Below, piece after piece: positions 60,933 to 64,000 of a stretch of DNA of 64,000 nucleotides; positions within the stretch are counted from its first letter, which is position 1; each line of letters starts with the position of its first letter. The position numbers and the translations under genes are program-made. The stretch is from the human T2T-CHM13v2.0 reference genome, Homo sapiens, in the NCBI RefSeq assembly GCF_009914755.1, contig NC_060937.1. One strand, 5' to 3'. The notes under the pieces were generated by a model. The model was not told the origin of the DNA. It did not search any database and worked only from the letters and a program-made list of their open reading frames with translations.

Positions 60933-61083
60933 TTCAGACGGCTATTGACAGTAGCCGAACTGAAGCAATAACTTACTCTCATGTCTCTTAGCTGTTCATT
61001 AGTTTGATATATTTCCTTCAAACACCATTAATGCCAAGCTGCTGATCGATTACAGCAGATAGCTTGGCATCATTATTAGATGG
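60933..61083. other. Two adjacent inverted repeats in non-repeat DNA (candidate structured or conserved element)
   Basis: ttcag-a-cggcta[ttgacag]tagccg-aa-ctgaa and atgccaagct-gctg[atcgatta]cagc-agat-agcttggcat. Confidence 0.5.
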
Positions 61084-64000
61084 CTCTAATTATTTTGGGT
61101 AGATATTAAGAATTTTATTTTCAGAAAGCAAATGCTAGAAAGAATGTAATCTCTAAATTGTATTTTGAGCACTAAATATAATTATATCTATATTGATGTC
61201 ATTTCTCAGTACTTAAAGTAATAACTGGAAAGTCATTTTTATATACATACATTTCTAAAATGTATCCTGCAAATTATCCTTAAAGAAAGAAAATAAGGTA
61301 TCTGTTAAATGTATTTTATTCTTCATTGTTATAAAGAATAATAAAACTGATTTAACTGTGTTCAAAATAAGATTCATAACTCTGGTTAATGATCAAAAAG
61401 GACCAAAAGAATATAGTAAAAAAAAAGAAGTATGATTTATCAATTTTGATATAAAATTTTTGTTTTCTACACATCCATGTAGTTCTCTCCATAGCAACAT
61501 TATTAACAAAGAAAAGTCATCTTTTTATTTCCTTTTGGTTCCTGAGAGGGAAACACAATGCCTGAGCATTAGTGTTTCTATATGGAATGGTTAATGAATG
61601 GTGAGGACACACTGTGGTCAGGTCAAAGCTCTTGTTTACTCATTCTAAAAGCTACATATGTATCATGGGGTTACATCATTTTCTAGAGTGCGGTATGCCA
61701 GTAAATGCAATTTAGCATATTGTCTTCGATTAACGCTTCCCATCTGTTATGTATGTGGCAAGTGAGTGAACAGTTGGGGGAAAATAAAGAAACATTGCTG
61801 CAGTATTAGTATGAATACTACCCTTATTAATGGTAAAGCAATTTTAAAAAATACCGCTTACACATTATTAACTCTAAAAATGTTTCTGCACAGTAGTTTT
61901 TAATATGCCAGTGAGGTTATTCATATGGTTTAATTCCCCAGGATAGTGTAAAAAATATATCTGTATCCTTAGGGCAGGAAAAATATTAGAAAGATCCTCA
62001 GAAGGTTCATTTTCTAGTGTTCCAGAGGCTACAGTGGGAGCCATTATCTCTTTAAAACAGAGTGATGACCAATAAATTGTACTATGTTACTTTTGCATGC
62101 GTTAGGCTCACTTTACAGATGTAAAAATGAAACAAACAAAAATTAGTAATTGGCTCAATTTCTGACAGCTCATGGATGTTGAAACTATTCTTAACCACTA
62201 CAATATAGTGACTTTTTAGGAAAAATGGATATTTGAGGGAAAACAAGGAGAATATAAACCCCATATTAAGCTGCATAATTTATACCAAAAAAAAAGAAAA
62301 GAAGAAAAGGAGAAACCTTTAAGAAAAAGAAAATTTAAAAGAGTAGCTAGCAAAAAGTTACAACTCTGACAAAAAAAATTTTTTAAATATTCTAAATGGG
62401 ATTTTTCAACTTAACAATTAAAAGACATTGTAAAAATTTCAGACAGAACAGAAAATATGCTCCCAGTTGGGAAACAGGTTCAGAATGAGGAGAGAGACAA
62501 AGGGTCTGAAATCATCATGCCCAGTTGAATTTTTCTAAACTCTCAGGAGAAAAATGATTGAAATGCTGATATGCATCCCTCCACAATGAAGGAATCATCA
62601 TGAGTGGGAAAAGAGTCTTTTTCCTGTAAAAATGCTATTTTGCTACTTAGCCTTCAATTCTTTGCCTAGTAAACCAGTTGACTAAACTAAATACTTCCTT
62701 CTTTTACAGTTTGAAATTTCTGTGTCTTGGAGATCTTCCTCTACTACCTTATATGGTGGGGAAAAGAGTGAGTATACGTTTCTCATCCTGACGTATCCTG
62801 ATGAATTTTGAAACCTAGATTGATTTTTTGTGCCACTTATATATACCACCACCTACTGTTGATATGTTGTGTGTGAACGGATTGTAAATTTATTTGTGCA
62901 TTGAAACACATTCTACATTTTCTTTCTGTGTCCCACACAAATATCCCCTAAAGAGATCATTGCACTTGTCATGATCGGTATCGAAGCAGTCATAAGGCTC
63001 ATACAAACAGGTAAGGTAGACTGAAATAGGAATGAAGTCTGAGTTTTATACAGTGATAGAAATGCAAGCTAAGCTTTGAATCTGGAGATCGAGAAACAAA
63101 GATATGGTTACAAAATTTTTTTAAAAATTAATATACATAGATCAATATTAGTTAAAAGTAAAAGTGTGGAGACTATAGGGACTTATGTTTAGATCATTTT
63201 GAGGTAAACTATGAAATTATGAATGTGCACTGGGGAGAGATGTGGTAAGCCATCAGTAAGATTCTAATTTAGTAAAATATAGAATAATCAGGCATCTAAG
63301 GCCAGTAAGAGATATTAGAAACTCTCCCTCTAAGACTGATGTTCAATCACTTTAAAATCTACCCATCATAGCTTTAGAGCAGTCTAAAAACAGATACAGC
63401 AATACAAATGACTTTCTGCTGAGACCAAGACCTATTATAGTAGAGATAATGGCATAGAACTTAATTAAAGTAATAATTGGACTAGGGTGAGGTGAAGCTA
63501 GTTATGATACAAATCGTTAAGCATCATTTTCCTTATAACCAACCCAAACCGTAGGGCATATTGAATAATATTCATATTTATATATGTTGAAATTTTAGAA
63601 ATGGAAATTCTTAAAAGTACTACCAGGTCTTTTCATTTACTAAGAAATAAGGGTTTGTCAGATAGGTTTGCACTGTGGAGAACCACAGATCATTGTAATA
63701 TCAAACATTTTTCCACTAGTTAAGAACCAATTTTTACATCTTTGAGGGCTCTAACACCCCTATTGAGAATGTATGCATTAAATTTTATCTATATTTTAAT
63801 GAATCTTGATGTTAGGTCTTCAGAAAGAACCACTTGGGTGAACTCTAACTCATCATCACCAACTACCTAAATGACACCTTCAGTTGATATTTATTAAATA
63901 TCACAATCTGAAAATGTTCTAAATAAAAAGTTCTAACATACATTTTTACTCTTCTAAAGACTCCTCTCTCTCTCTTCTGAAATCTTACCCCTTCTCAATA

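Noticed and set aside
61482-61498. RFX X-box-like ctccatagcaac
   Set aside because: Single imperfect motif with no promoter context.

Overview
AT-rich, repeat-dense primate genomic DNA, almost certainly human (it holds an AluYb7/Yb8 element, an essentially human-specific lineage). I find no supportable protein-coding gene, RNA gene or CRISPR array. The longer ORFs in the track are decayed L1 ORF1/ORF2 or Tigger1 transposase, or antisense frames of Alu, L1 and LTR elements. The window is a layered transposon archive: Tigger1; THE1D, MLT1, MLT2A, MER21 and LTR16/33-like solo LTRs; MER3, MER5 and MER6; MIR and L2; old L1M elements; six Alus; and a 5.6 kb L1PA4-like element. Points worth follow-up: (1) the L1PA was retrotransposed from a spliced RNA (97/622 junction); (2) several local templated insertions copied from 0.1-3.8 kb away, one with fold-back hairpins at both junctions; (3) a non-repeat segment at about 60.9-61.1 kb with two adjacent stem-loops beside a strong splice donor; (4) a 144-bp candidate exon at 34.9-35.0 kb; (5) very recent events (AluYb insertion, perfect 71-bp duplication). 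Repeat subfamily names come from recall of consensus sequences, not a search, and boundaries of old repeats are approximate. A genuinely new biological system cannot be demonstrated from this sequence alone.
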